The position numbers and the translations under genes were made by a program. Source: an uncultured Thermoproteaceae archaeon (GTDB taxonomy: Archaea; Thermoproteota; Thermoprotei; Thermoproteales; Thermocladiaceae). From it: a DNA stretch of 64,000 bases. Under the pieces are notes generated by a model, which was given only the letters and a program-made list of their open reading frames with translations, did no database searches and was not told the origin of the DNA. Below are positions 49,957-59,965 of the stretch, in pieces. How positions within the stretch are numbered: position 1 is the first letter of the stretch; each line of letters opens with the position of its first letter. The DNA lies in assembly GCA_964575955.1 (NCBI GenBank), contig CAZNTG010000003.1:1-64000 (forward strand). The letters run 5' to 3'.

Positions 49957-51681
49957 GTGGCTAGATTTGTAGTATTGAGAAATGCGTGTGTTGTAGATCC
50001 TGTACAGGATATTGATTGTGAAATAATGGATATATGTGTAGATGTTGAAAATGGGAGAATTGTAGATTGTTCTGAAGTGAGTAGTGATGTTGAGATTATT
50101 GATGTTAATGGTAGATTAACTATGGCTGGTGGTATTGATATTCATACACATGTTGCTGGTCCAAAGATAAATATTGCTAGACTTATGAGACCTGAAGATC
50201 ACTATACTACAAATGTCTCAGCCTTTAAATATCCTAGAGGTCATTGTGGTAAATCTACACCCACAGTGATTAGAACTGGTTATAGATATGCACAGATGGG
50301 TTATACTTTAATTTGTGAAGCTGCTAGTCCACCATTGAAGACTAGGCACACTCACGAGGAGTTGAATGATACTCCAATAGTTGATAAACTTGTATATGTA
50401 CTATTTGACTCAACATGGCTAGGTCTTGACTATATTGTTGAGAAGGATATAGAATCACTTGCAGCATATGTTGCATGGATGTTAGACACCGTTAAGGGAT
50501 ACACAGTTAAGCTTGTTGATCCAGGTGCAGATATGGCATGGTTCTACGGTTATGGTCTATATTTTGATATTGATGATCAAGTTCCTGAGTATGGTGTAAC
50601 TCCTAGAGAGATTATTGATGCGTATTCTAGAGTTGCACAAATTCTAAATCTTCCACATAGTATTCATGTACATACTAACAAGCTTGGAATACCTGGAAAC
50701 TATGTAACACTATTAGAGACTTTTAGAACAGGTGAGAGAAGTGTACTATATGATAGACTTGTACTACATGTAACACATGTACAGTTTAGTGCTTATAAAG
50801 GTGATTGTTGGTATAATTTTGCAGGTGCTAGTGAGGAAGTTGTTAAAGAACTTGAACGTTCACCACACACATCTATAGATCTTGGACAGGTAAGTTTTGG
50901 TGAAACGACAACGATGACAGCTGATGCACCTTTCGAATTTATACTATACCACTTGAGGAAGTGGAAAGTTGTTCTTCACGATATTGAAGCTGAGACAGCT
51001 ACAGGTATTGTGCCATATAGATATCGTAAGTCTAGTTTTGTAAATTGTATACAGTGGAGTATTGGTCTTGAAATTGCGTTAATGGCTTCTGAAAATTTAA
51101 AATGGAGAATAGTATTATCTTCAGATCATCCAAATGCAGGACCATTCACTAGGTATCCACTAATAATGATGTGGCTTATGAGTAGAAAGGCACGTGAAGA
51201 AGAGATGAAGAAGATGCCTAGTAAAGCTATACGTAGAATGATACTTCCATCGATAGATAGAGAGTATACTTTTAGAGATATTGCAATTATTACGAGAGCA
51301 GCACCTGCAAGAATTCTAGGTCTTGAAGATAGGGGAAATTTAAAACCTGGATCGATAGCAGATATAGCAATATATGATATAGATCCTAGAAATGTTGATC
51401 CATCTACAGAATATTCAAAAGTCTATAATGCACTTAGAAGAGCATGGCTAGTACTTAAAGATGGTAAGATCGTTGTTAAGAATGGTGAGATAGTTCAAGA
51501 ACATGTAGGAAAAACACTCTACGTTAAAGTTAAGGTTCGTGAAGATCTATATAACAAGGTTAAGAGAGAGATAGAGGATAGATTTAGAAAATACTATTCA
51601 ATACATCCTTCAAGCTTCAAAATATCTCTAAAAGAAATTTCAAATCCATATCCAATAACTAGAACTTCAAAATTGATCTAA
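49957..51681 (+). CDS. fwdA: Formylmethanofuran dehydrogenase subunit A-like amidohydrolase
   Basis: GGIDIHTHVAGPK, RLMRPED, Y..MGYT, KLVDPG, LPHSIHVH.NKLG.PGN, HVTHVQF, DHPNAGPF, TRAAPA. Confidence 0.9.
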   Translation: MARFVVLRNACVVDPVQDIDCEIMDICVDVENGRIVDCSEVSSDVEIIDVNGRLTMAGGIDIHTHVAGPKINIARLMRPEDHYTTNVSAFKYPRGHCGKSTPTVIRTGYRYAQMGYTLICEAASPPLKTRHTHEELNDTPIVDKLVYVLFDSTWLGLDYIVEKDIESLAAYVAWMLDTVKGYTVKLVDPGADMAWFYGYGLYFDIDDQVPEYGVTPREIIDAYSRVAQILNLPHSIHVHTNKLGIPGNYVTLLETFRTGERSVLYDRLVLHVTHVQFSAYKGDCWYNFAGASEEVVKELERSPHTSIDLGQVSFGETTTMTADAPFEFILYHLRKWKVVLHDIEAETATGIVPYRYRKSSFVNCIQWSIGLEIALMASENLKWRIVLSSDHPNAGPFTRYPLIMMWLMSRKAREEEMKKMPSKAIRRMILPSIDREYTFRDIAIITRAAPARILGLEDRGNLKPGSIADIAIYDIDPRNVDPSTEYSKVYNALRRAWLVLKDGKIVVKNGEIVQEHVGKTLYVKVKVREDLYNKVKREIEDRFRKYYSIHPSSFKISLKEISNPYPITRTSKLI

Positions 51682-52768
51682 CTATAAGTGATATACCTAC
51701 TATAAACATCGTAATAACATATAGAATACATACACAATATCCAAAGTTTAGAAGGTATGGAAATAGTATAGAAATTGTGAATAATCCTGAGAATATTCCA
51801 GTACTAACTACAGAATATACTTTAGGATCTTTAACATGTATAGCGTAACCTCTAAACCATACTTCAACAATTGCTAGAGATATTCCATATAGAATTCCCA
51901 CGATTATAGGATTATTGTAGAATATTACTGATAATATTGATGTTGTAGGTATTATACATGTTATAAGTATTGAACTTCTAAACTTTGTAAATATACCTAC
52001 AGGTATTGAAAATATTGTAGATACTATTGAACTTAATATAAACATTATAAGACCATAATACACATTTCCAGATGTTAAAGACATGTATTGAATACCTATG
52101 ATTGGGAAGAGTGTTGAAGATATTATCAATACTCCAAGACAGTACAATATTGATCTTCTACTTATAGTTCTACTATGTTCAACATTTACATCTACATAAC
52201 TCTTCACATTAAACTTATGTAGTCTATATATGACATATGTTAAGCATAATATTAAGATTATGTAAGATATTGAAAATATTTCAAATATCTTTACTAGAAA
52301 ATCTCTACTATTCATGACTAGTAGCATCAATATAGGTCCTAATGTAGCTCCAGCCTGATCTAGAGCTTCAACAATTCCAAAACTCTTTCCAACATCTTTA
52401 GATATTAATTTAATTACTATATCTCTTGATGGTCCTCTAATTCCTTTTCCAAATCTTTCAAATATGTATGATATTGTTATTGTGTTTATTGATAATGTTG
52501 TTGTTGGTATTATTAAACTTCCTGTTAGTATATATCCTAATACGTATTCTAGTATTGGTGTTGTTTTTAATATTGTTGTTATTGATCCTAAGATTCTTCC
52601 TATAAGTACTGTTAAATCACCTAAACCCCATATAGTACATGCCTGTACTATATTACCACCAGCTTCACGTACGAATATGTACATTATTGATCTAAATCCT
52701 TCATATATGAAATCTGCTATAAAGCATATGAGACCTATAGATATTATTGTTATTAACTTCCTATTCAT
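51659..52768 (-). CDS. MFS-type transporter
   Basis: ADFIYEG.RS, ERFGKGIRGP.RD, EALDQAGA..GP; about 12 TMs. Confidence 0.85.
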   Translation of the reverse strand: MNRKLITIISIGLICFIADFIYEGFRSIMYIFVREAGGNIVQACTIWGLGDLTVLIGRILGSITTILKTTPILEYVLGYILTGSLIIPTTTLSINTITISYIFERFGKGIRGPSRDIVIKLISKDVGKSFGIVEALDQAGATLGPILMLLVMNSRDFLVKIFEIFSISYIILILCLTYVIYRLHKFNVKSYVDVNVEHSRTISRRSILYCLGVLIISSTLFPIIGIQYMSLTSGNVYYGLIMFILSSIVSTIFSIPVGIFTKFRSSILITCIIPTTSILSVIFYNNPIIVGILYGISLAIVEVWFRGYAIHVKDPKVYSVVSTGIFSGLFTISILFPYLLNFGYCVCILYVITMFIVGISLIVRSILKF

Positions 52769-52980
52769 TTCTCTCTTCTTCTCTTTCTCTCTTCTCTAAG
52801 TATTGAATATATTGTAAGTATAACTCCAATAACTAGGTAGATGTATGCTATCTCTGCTATCTTATTTGCAGCATTTTCATAACCTAATGCTAGTTCCACT
52901 GCTGCAATTACTATCAAGATCATGAATGCTATTATGAATGGTCTTTCAGGATTTTGTAATATTTGTCTTAATGAGCTCAT
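52765..52980 (-). CDS. Small two-TM membrane protein
   Basis: PFIIAFM..LI..A..LA.G....AN..AE.AY..LVIGV; ATGA overlap with the MFS gene. Confidence 0.75.
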   Translation of the reverse strand: MSSLRQILQNPERPFIIAFMILIVIAAVELALGYENAANKIAEIAYIYLVIGVILTIYSILREERKRRREK

Positions 52981-53037
52981 CTAGCAATATTCTACATGTG
53001 GGAGCGTTTATTAATGTGTTATACTGTGTCTAGCTAG

Positions 53038-54972
53038 ATGAGTAGTAAGCCTTTCAGTTTTACCTATATTCTACATTGGTCTCCTGATCATAATGTTCCA
53101 ATTTTAAATCCTCATAAAGCACATAGATTTTCATCATTTTTCTTAAGAATTAGATTGACAGAGCCTGGTGATGTTAGACCTGCATCAATGTACGATATAT
53201 TGACTATTAGAGAGGCAATTTATAGAGAGTTTAATGATTGGAAAGTTGTTAATTTGTTAATACCTGAGAATAGTGTTGTACTTCTAAATAAGATTCCTGG
53301 ATATCCTGATGAGGCTGATGAAGTTATTGTTAATGGTGAACTTATTGGTCATAGATGGTATGACCCTATAGAACATGTATGGAGATTTAGACCAATACTA
53401 TATGGAGCTTCTAAAATCTTAGATAATAAAGTTGGATATTACGCAATTGTTGATTTACCTAAGTTAAGTAGAGGTTTTGAAGTTCATAGAGACAAGATAG
53501 TTTCTGCAGAACTACCACCAAGGAAGGGAATGATTGTCGTAGTTTCAACAAGAGATGGAAAGTGGCATGGTATTGCAAGACTTGTAAGAAGTAGAAGACT
53601 CTACATCATTAAAGCTTGGAGAAGTGTTAAATCTCACTATATAGATGTTAAAGCAACAATAAAAGACATCTTAGAAATTAATGAAGAAGAGCTTGAATCA
53701 ATGTATAGTAAATCTATAAAATTTCTAAAAAGTGTATTTGAAAAATATAGAAATCGTAAAGTTGTAGTATCTTATAGTGGTGGTAAGGATAGTCTTGTAG
53801 TTCTAGATTTAGTTAATGATATTTTGAAAGATTACTATGTAATTTTTAATGATACAACATTAGAACTTCCTGATACTTACAAGAACATATTTGAAGTAGC
53901 TAATAGGTATGGTATTGATATTATTATTGCAAGAGCAAGAACAAATTTCTTTAAAATTTTAAAATCACTCCTATTACCATCTAGAGATTTTAGATATTGT
54001 TGTAAAATGCTTAAATTAGCACCAATATCACAGACTTTAAAGAGAATAGCACCAACAGGTAGTTTAAGTATTACAGGTCAGAGAAAGTATGAATCATCAC
54101 TTAGAGCTAGACTTCCACAAATATCTACATCTAGATGGGTTGCAAATACTGTAGTTGTTGCACCAATTAATGATTGGACTAGTCTACATGTTTGGCTATA
54201 CATATATTGGAGAAGATTACCATACAATAAGGCTTATGATAAAGGTTTTGATAGAATTGGATGTTGGATATGTCCTGCAAATGAGATATCTGAGATAGAA
54301 CTTGCATGTAGACATTATCAAAATCTATCAGATATATTTAATAGAGTTTTAGAAATATTAAAATTAAACAATGTAGATGATATATGTAGAATATGTGGAT
54401 TATGGAGATGGAGACAGAAAATTCCTGGTGATGTGAAGAGATTTCTAGAATCTAAATTTAAGAAGGTAGATATAGAGAGTATACATTCTAAATATATTGA
54501 AAATGCACTACCAATATCAGTTAGAAAGTTTAATTCTAAATTTATGATATATCTAAGAAGAGTCTTAGATGATATTGATATCTGTATTGATAGATTATTA
54601 AAATTCCTATACACTTTAAAGGATGTATCTGAGGTATGTAGAGATAGGAATATCATACATATACATACAGCTAAGCTAGATATCGATATTAAGTATAGTG
54701 TAGAAAATCTTGATAGTGTTAGTATTGAATTAGAATTTAACAATTATGATTTTGATATTATTGTCCAGATTTTTAGAGTATTAGCTAGATCTTTCTACTG
54801 TTCTAAATGTGGTCTTTGTGAATCTTGGTGTTCTAGATCTGCAATTTATGTAGATTCTAATATTGATATTATCTTTGATAGATGTTCTAGATGTGGTCTC
54901 TGTAATATTGTTTGTCCAATAGCTGAATATCTAATTTCTAGATCAGGTATTTTGAAAATTTTTAAGGCTTGA
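53038..54972 (+). CDS. PAPS-reductase-family protein with probable PUA-like region and C-terminal 2x[4Fe-4S] domain
   Basis: PGDVRPA, LLNKIPG, SYSGGKDS, RYCCKMLK, GQRKYES, RIGCWICP, CSKCGLCESWC, CSRCGLCNIVCP. Confidence 0.88.
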   Translation: MSSKPFSFTYILHWSPDHNVPILNPHKAHRFSSFFLRIRLTEPGDVRPASMYDILTIREAIYREFNDWKVVNLLIPENSVVLLNKIPGYPDEADEVIVNGELIGHRWYDPIEHVWRFRPILYGASKILDNKVGYYAIVDLPKLSRGFEVHRDKIVSAELPPRKGMIVVVSTRDGKWHGIARLVRSRRLYIIKAWRSVKSHYIDVKATIKDILEINEEELESMYSKSIKFLKSVFEKYRNRKVVVSYSGGKDSLVVLDLVNDILKDYYVIFNDTTLELPDTYKNIFEVANRYGIDIIIARARTNFFKILKSLLLPSRDFRYCCKMLKLAPISQTLKRIAPTGSLSITGQRKYESSLRARLPQISTSRWVANTVVVAPINDWTSLHVWLYIYWRRLPYNKAYDKGFDRIGCWICPANEISEIELACRHYQNLSDIFNRVLEILKLNNVDDICRICGLWRWRQKIPGDVKRFLESKFKKVDIESIHSKYIENALPISVRKFNSKFMIYLRRVLDDIDICIDRLLKFLYTLKDVSEVCRDRNIIHIHTAKLDIDIKYSVENLDSVSIELEFNNYDFDIIVQIFRVLARSFYCSKCGLCESWCSRSAIYVDSNIDIIFDRCSRCGLCNIVCPIAEYLISRSGILKIFKA

Positions 54973-54975
54973 GAT

Positions 54976-55860
54976 GTGTCTGTCTTAGAAATGTCTAACT
55001 ATCCTCATATTGAGATTGTTGATGATAGACCTATTCTAAAGTTTGGAAACTCTACGTACATTATTCCAAAGTTGAAGCATGGTGTGATATTTTTGATGAT
55101 TAGTACTATTGCTAGACAATATGCAGATTGTGAATATAGGATACATCTAGACTATTCTAAAGGTAGAACTATTAGAAGAGAGATGATTGATGGTATAGTT
55201 GAACATCGTAGGCAGTTGAAAGTTGGATATAGTTTTGATGATGTTGATATAGATCCAAAACCTGGAGATAAGATACCAATATTGATAAATGTTGGTTTTG
55301 ATGGAATTACATATTTTAACTATGTAATGCGTGAGAGATGGATTATAAATCTACTAAATAGTTCTAACATGGATAGAAAATTCATAAGAGAACCAACAGC
55401 TGTAATAGTTTTTAATAATGTTCCAATACTTGCACAACCTGACTTATTAATACTTAATAGTGGTAAAGTTAGATTGATAGTTGAGTTAAAAACCTGTAAA
55501 GATGATTCAAGGAAGATTAGTAGAAGTGATATTATTCAAGCATCATTATATGGCTATGTATTTGATAAGCTTAATATAGATTTTGAAGGTATAATGTTAG
55601 TGAAATTGAGAAGAGGTTCAAAGATAAGTATATTAGATAGTTTAGATTTCATCTTAAAGAATTTTGAAAGTTGTAGAAATTTCTATAGTAGAGATATATC
55701 AATTGTAAATGTTAAGTATAGTAGAGATGTTTGTGAAAAGATTATAGATTGGGCTCTACAATATTGGCTTCATCTAAGAAATCCACAGCCAAAACCTAGT
55801 GATAGATGTAGATTTTGTAGTCATAGACATATATGTGGATTCTCTAGATATACTAGATAA
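54976..55860 (+). CDS. Solo Cas4-like PD-(D/E)XK nuclease
   Basis: RQYADCE, G..EH, QPD, VELKT, QASLY, CRFCSHRHIC. Confidence 0.82.
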   Translation: MSVLEMSNYPHIEIVDDRPILKFGNSTYIIPKLKHGVIFLMISTIARQYADCEYRIHLDYSKGRTIRREMIDGIVEHRRQLKVGYSFDDVDIDPKPGDKIPILINVGFDGITYFNYVMRERWIINLLNSSNMDRKFIREPTAVIVFNNVPILAQPDLLILNSGKVRLIVELKTCKDDSRKISRSDIIQASLYGYVFDKLNIDFEGIMLVKLRRGSKISILDSLDFILKNFESCRNFYSRDISIVNVKYSRDVCEKIIDWALQYWLHLRNPQPKPSDRCRFCSHRHICGFSRYTR

Positions 55861-55866
55861 AGACTT

Positions 55867-56727
55867 ATGACTAAGGTTAGTGTAGTACTTCTCGAATCTA
55901 TATTTGATGAAGATAATGTTAGACTTGTTGCAGATATTGTTGATAGATGTATACATAAGATAGATACGCTACTTCTACCAATACCTGAAGAGCTAATCCA
56001 AATATCATTTAGAGGATATATAGATTATAGAACTGTAGATCAGGTAGCTGATAAACTAGTAGAGACTTATGAAAATAGGATAATTCAGATAAGACCATTA
56101 ACAAGAATTTTAAAACCATTAATAGAAGTTCTATATAAAGCATTAACAGTAAATCCTGAGTTAGAAATATTGACAACATATTCTATGGAGAAATTAAGGA
56201 ATGGTGAAATAACAACAATAGATATAATATCTTTAACAATGAGTATTGACAGATTTCTAAAGAAGATAGATAACATACATGACAAGGTTAGAAATATGAT
56301 AGATAACACAATCTTAAACATACAAAATATACTTAGAAGAATATTCTCAAAAACATATAGAAAATGTATAATAATTCCATCATCATGTTCTGAATGCTTA
56401 ATATTGAGAGAATTAATGTTTGAAAAATATTCTAACATGAGTATAGATATAGTATCTACATGTAGTAAAGTTATACCACCATCACAACTCATATATATGG
56501 CAATATATGTTAAAGATAGTGAATTAATTAGGAAAATTCATCCATATTATAGAGATTTTATACTAAACTATCTCATAATTTCAAATACAATACATGAGGC
56601 GTATGTTAAGTATTTAAGAGATAATTTACATAGCTATTACAGTGTTATGATGGATACAGTTGAGAAGTTTAGGAATGTTATAAAATTAAAGTTTTCAAAT
56701 CAGAGTAGGATTTCAATATCTGCATAA
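55867..56727 (+). CDS. Hypothetical protein
   Basis: 286-aa ORF, 6 nt downstream of the Cas4-like gene. Confidence 0.7.
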   Translation: MTKVSVVLLESIFDEDNVRLVADIVDRCIHKIDTLLLPIPEELIQISFRGYIDYRTVDQVADKLVETYENRIIQIRPLTRILKPLIEVLYKALTVNPELEILTTYSMEKLRNGEITTIDIISLTMSIDRFLKKIDNIHDKVRNMIDNTILNIQNILRRIFSKTYRKCIIIPSSCSECLILRELMFEKYSNMSIDIVSTCSKVIPPSQLIYMAIYVKDSELIRKIHPYYRDFILNYLIISNTIHEAYVKYLRDNLHSYYSVMMDTVEKFRNVIKLKFSNQSRISISA

Positions 56728-57695
56728 TATTCTAACATCTTTAAACTTATCAATTCTCTATGAAGTATGTTATCGTCGTAGTACCTAACTTTTAATCTGT
56801 ATGGTCCTACTTCTTCAACTTCAATTCCGTGAGTTGATAATACTTCTTTTAATGTTTGTGTACACTCTTCTCTACATAATATTTCTGCTTCTCTCTTAAT
56901 ACTTCCAGTTAATATTTTCTCTAGAAGTTCTATAGGTATCTCATATATACATTCTATAGTTTTTATGATTATTCTGTACACATCTCTAATACTATATTCC
57001 TGTGGTATTACTATCATTAATCCTAGACTTGATAATCCTTCAAGTACGTAATGTGAATGAGGAAGTTGTAGTAAGTCAACTTTTTCAAATATGTCACCTA
57101 TATCTAGGTCAATTTTTCTTAATATATCTTTAACATGTTTGTAAGTTTCTTCACTTGTTGATATTATGTTTATTAGAGGTTTCTTAATATCTATATTGAG
57201 TGTCTTATTACTTACTGGTAGTATTATTATACTTGGCTTTAAACCACTTATAACTCTATGTAGAATCTTACTATACTTCGACTCTAGTGTTAGTGAATCA
57301 TATATTACTTGTACTCCCTTCTCATCCATTATAGATCTTCTATATATTCTATTCTTGACTATGTATCTATTATATGCATATTTATTAACTATTGGATATA
57401 TGTCTATTTCAAACTTCTGCAATACCCTTCTAGGTAGTGCTTTTTCTATTCTTATTGTTTTTAATTGATATATTGTGTATAGTATTATTGAGTTTACTAT
57501 CTTATAGTCATATAATGAGTATCCTGATGTTATTAGTATTTTCTTACCATTTCCAATTTTGTATATTATCTCTTCTCCATACTCTGTATAAATTTTTAAA
57601 TTTTCTATATTTAGTGAATTTAGAATATTTTTAATATATTCCTCATCTAGATGTTCTAATGTTAATGCTATTGTTGGTTCTGCGTATTCTGACAT
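56700..57695 (-). CDS. Hypothetical protein, possibly a degenerate M14 carboxypeptidase fold
   Basis: YKIGNGKKILITSG...FEIDIYPIVN resembles the M14 scaffold, but no HxxE. Confidence 0.55.
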   Translation of the reverse strand: MSEYAEPTIALTLEHLDEEYIKNILNSLNIENLKIYTEYGEEIIYKIGNGKKILITSGYSLYDYKIVNSIILYTIYQLKTIRIEKALPRRVLQKFEIDIYPIVNKYAYNRYIVKNRIYRRSIMDEKGVQVIYDSLTLESKYSKILHRVISGLKPSIIILPVSNKTLNIDIKKPLINIISTSEETYKHVKDILRKIDLDIGDIFEKVDLLQLPHSHYVLEGLSSLGLMIVIPQEYSIRDVYRIIIKTIECIYEIPIELLEKILTGSIKREAEILCREECTQTLKEVLSTHGIEVEEVGPYRLKVRYYDDNILHRELISLKMLEYYADIEILL

Positions 57696-57740
57696 ATGTT
57701 GGTAAGGATTATATTTTCCTCATTTAAACTACATCTCGAA

Positions 57741-57792
57741 GTGATGTAAGCGGTGTGTTCTGAACATGTGTGATGAATGGTGACACAACTGA
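57741..57792 (+). ncRNA. C/D-box guide sRNA (probable 16S rRNA double guide)
   Basis: GTGATGT (C variant) AAGCGGTGTGTT CTGA acatgt GTGATGA ATGGTGACACAA CTGA, with a GAAG/CTTC terminal stem. Confidence 0.88.
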
Positions 57793-57864
57793 CTTCTTGT
57801 CATGGACTTAAAACTTATAAAGGGGGTCATAGTGCTTCGTGAGGACAAAAGCTAGCTATGTATA

Positions 57865-58353
57865 GTGGCGATGTGGGGGGTAACTCCACATCCAGGTTCA
57901 AGATATAGGGAGGATCGAGATAGAGGATCTAGACTAGTCTATGGTATACATGTGTATGGTAATTTGAGAAGATGTAATCCAGAGATTTTAAAATCTGAGG
58001 AGAAGCTTCGAAAGATTGTTGAAAATGCTGCAAAGATTGGTAATATGACTCTAATATCAATAACATCTCACAAGTTTGGTCATGATAGTGGAGTTTCTGT
58101 TATAGCTATTGTTGCTGAAAGTCACATATCTATACATACATGGCCTGAGTATGAGTATGCTACTGTTGATGTATATACGTGTGGTGCTAATTCAAGACCA
58201 ATACAATCATTTTTATACATTGCTAGAGCACTTGAAGCTAGAGATGTTGAGGTATATGTTAACGATAGGTCTCTATATATTGGCGATATTGTTGAAAATT
58301 ATGATTTTGAAAATATTGTTGAAGTTAGATCATCTAAGTTAATGAGGGAATAA
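57865..58353 (+). CDS. speD: Pyruvoyl-dependent S-adenosylmethionine (or arginine) decarboxylase proenzyme
   Basis: HVYGNL, GVS..AIVAESHISIHTWPE..YATVDVYTCG; AdoMetDC and ArgDC cannot be told apart by eye. Confidence 0.85.
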   Translation: MAMWGVTPHPGSRYREDRDRGSRLVYGIHVYGNLRRCNPEILKSEEKLRKIVENAAKIGNMTLISITSHKFGHDSGVSVIAIVAESHISIHTWPEYEYATVDVYTCGANSRPIQSFLYIARALEARDVEVYVNDRSLYIGDIVENYDFENIVEVRSSKLMRE

Positions 58354-58423
58354 GTATCAGTTACTTAAATCTAAAAGTTTAAAGACCTCTATTTCTCACT
58401 TCTCCTAGCGGGGCCGGTAAGTA

Positions 58424-59041
58424 ATGAGTGAACTTCAAACTTTCAAATCTGCATATCTGGAGATAGTGTCCTTTGTAAGATCTGCATTAGACCTCTTTGA
58501 GATGGATGCAATTTCAGAGTTTGTAAAAATACTACTAGATGCACAGGCTAGAGGTAGTAAGGTACTTGTCGTAGGTGTTGGTCGTTCAGGACTTGTAGCT
58601 AAGGCATTTGCAATGAGGCTTGTACATCTAGGCTTTAGAGCGTATGTTCTAGGTGAGACAATAACTCCAAGTGTTCAGCGAGGTGATGTTGTTATTGCAG
58701 TATCTGGTAGTGGTACGACAACAGTAACAGTAACTGCTGCAGATGCTGCTAAGAAGGTTGGTGCAACAGTTGTAGCAATAACAAGCTATAAGGATAGTCC
58801 ATTAGCAAAAATTGCAGATCTAGTAATATTCGTTCCAGGACGTACAAAGACTGCAAGGATAGATGACTACTTTGCAAGACAGATACTTGGAATGCATGAG
58901 CCATTAGCACCTCTAGGAACACTATTTGAGATAACTACAATGGTATTTTTTGACTCTATAGTTGCAGAATTAATGAAGAGACTTGGAAAGAGTGAGGAAG
59001 ATCTAAAGAAGGTTCATGCTAATATTGAAGTCTTTGCTTAA
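58424..59041 (+). CDS. hxlB: 6-phospho-3-hexuloisomerase (SIS domain)
   Basis: [37 protein letters not shown]. Confidence 0.93.
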   Translation: MSELQTFKSAYLEIVSFVRSALDLFEMDAISEFVKILLDAQARGSKVLVVGVGRSGLVAKAFAMRLVHLGFRAYVLGETITPSVQRGDVVIAVSGSGTTTVTVTAADAAKKVGATVVAITSYKDSPLAKIADLVIFVPGRTKTARIDDYFARQILGMHEPLAPLGTLFEITTMVFFDSIVAELMKRLGKSEEDLKKVHANIEVFA

Positions 59042-59960
59042 GATGTAAGTAAAGTCTCAACATTGAGGTTATGTAAGACATAACCTCACTAATAGACATT
59101 GGAATTCCACTAGCAGGTCCAAGCCTAATAAAATAGTCACATACATCAACATCATCAATACACAATCCCCATCTCTCTCCACCAATTACAAACACAAGAT
59201 CTTTCACATCACACTTCTCCAATAAATCTAGCAGATCTATCTCTCCACTAGAAGTATGCATAGATAAGCACACAATCTTCCTACCTTTAAAATATCTATC
59301 AATAACATCTCTCAAATTTCTCCTAGTTATAACTCTAGTTTTTGAAATACTTAAAAACTTTTTAAATTCATTTAAAAGCCTTCTATCTCTAAATCTCAAT
59401 CTAGGATTTACTAGGTATAGTTTAATATCTAATGCTGATGCAATTCTAACACAACTAACAACTTCATGATCACTTTCAATATTACAAACTATAAAATATG
59501 GTTTAAATTTAGAAAATGTTCTATACCACTTATCTACAAAATCTAGAAACTTATCAATATCTAAACATTTTATAAATACAACCTTGAGTTTAGAATCTCT
59601 ATAAAAATCTCTAACAACTACAATATTCTCAAAATCTCTACCACTAAAACTTCTCAATAGAGATCTCAATGCAATATCACTAACTCTAGGAATTATAAAT
59701 GCATTTAAGCTCTTAGCAAAGTTTAAGATACCTTGAATATCATCTCTATCAAACTCCTGTAATACTTCACCAACCTTATCAATAAACTTTACACTTCTAA
59801 TACTATTATAAATGTAGTCTCTAGAATATACTATAGCTTCAGTTGATGTTATAGATTCAACATATTCAACACCTGGAATGTTTATCAATATGTTATTAAC
59901 ACGATTCCAATCATCTTCAGATACTATATGAATGTTAAACCATACATAGAACCTATACAT
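59019..59960 (-). CDS. SPOUT-family RNA methyltransferase (start corrected to ATG at 59960)
   Basis: C-terminal knot [12 protein letters not shown]...CDYFIRLG...MSIS; the upstream extension in the ORF track runs through the tRNA. Confidence 0.7.
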   Translation of the reverse strand: MYRFYVWFNIHIVSEDDWNRVNNILINIPGVEYVESITSTEAIVYSRDYIYNSIRSVKFIDKVGEVLQEFDRDDIQGILNFAKSLNAFIIPRVSDIALRSLLRSFSGRDFENIVVVRDFYRDSKLKVVFIKCLDIDKFLDFVDKWYRTFSKFKPYFIVCNIESDHEVVSCVRIASALDIKLYLVNPRLRFRDRRLLNEFKKFLSISKTRVITRRNLRDVIDRYFKGRKIVCLSMHTSSGEIDLLDLLEKCDVKDLVFVIGGERWGLCIDDVDVCDYFIRLGPASGIPMSISEVMSYITSMLRLYLHLKQRLQY

Positions 59961-59965
59961 AGAAT

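Noticed and set aside
39630-55860. CRISPR-Cas locus around the Cas4-like genes
   Set aside because: No repeat-spacer array and no cas1, cas2 or effector genes seen.
53038-56727. Complete Dnd/Ssp DNA phosphorothioation system
   Set aside because: No DndD/SspC ATPase, DndE, DndB or cysteine desulfurase nearby.
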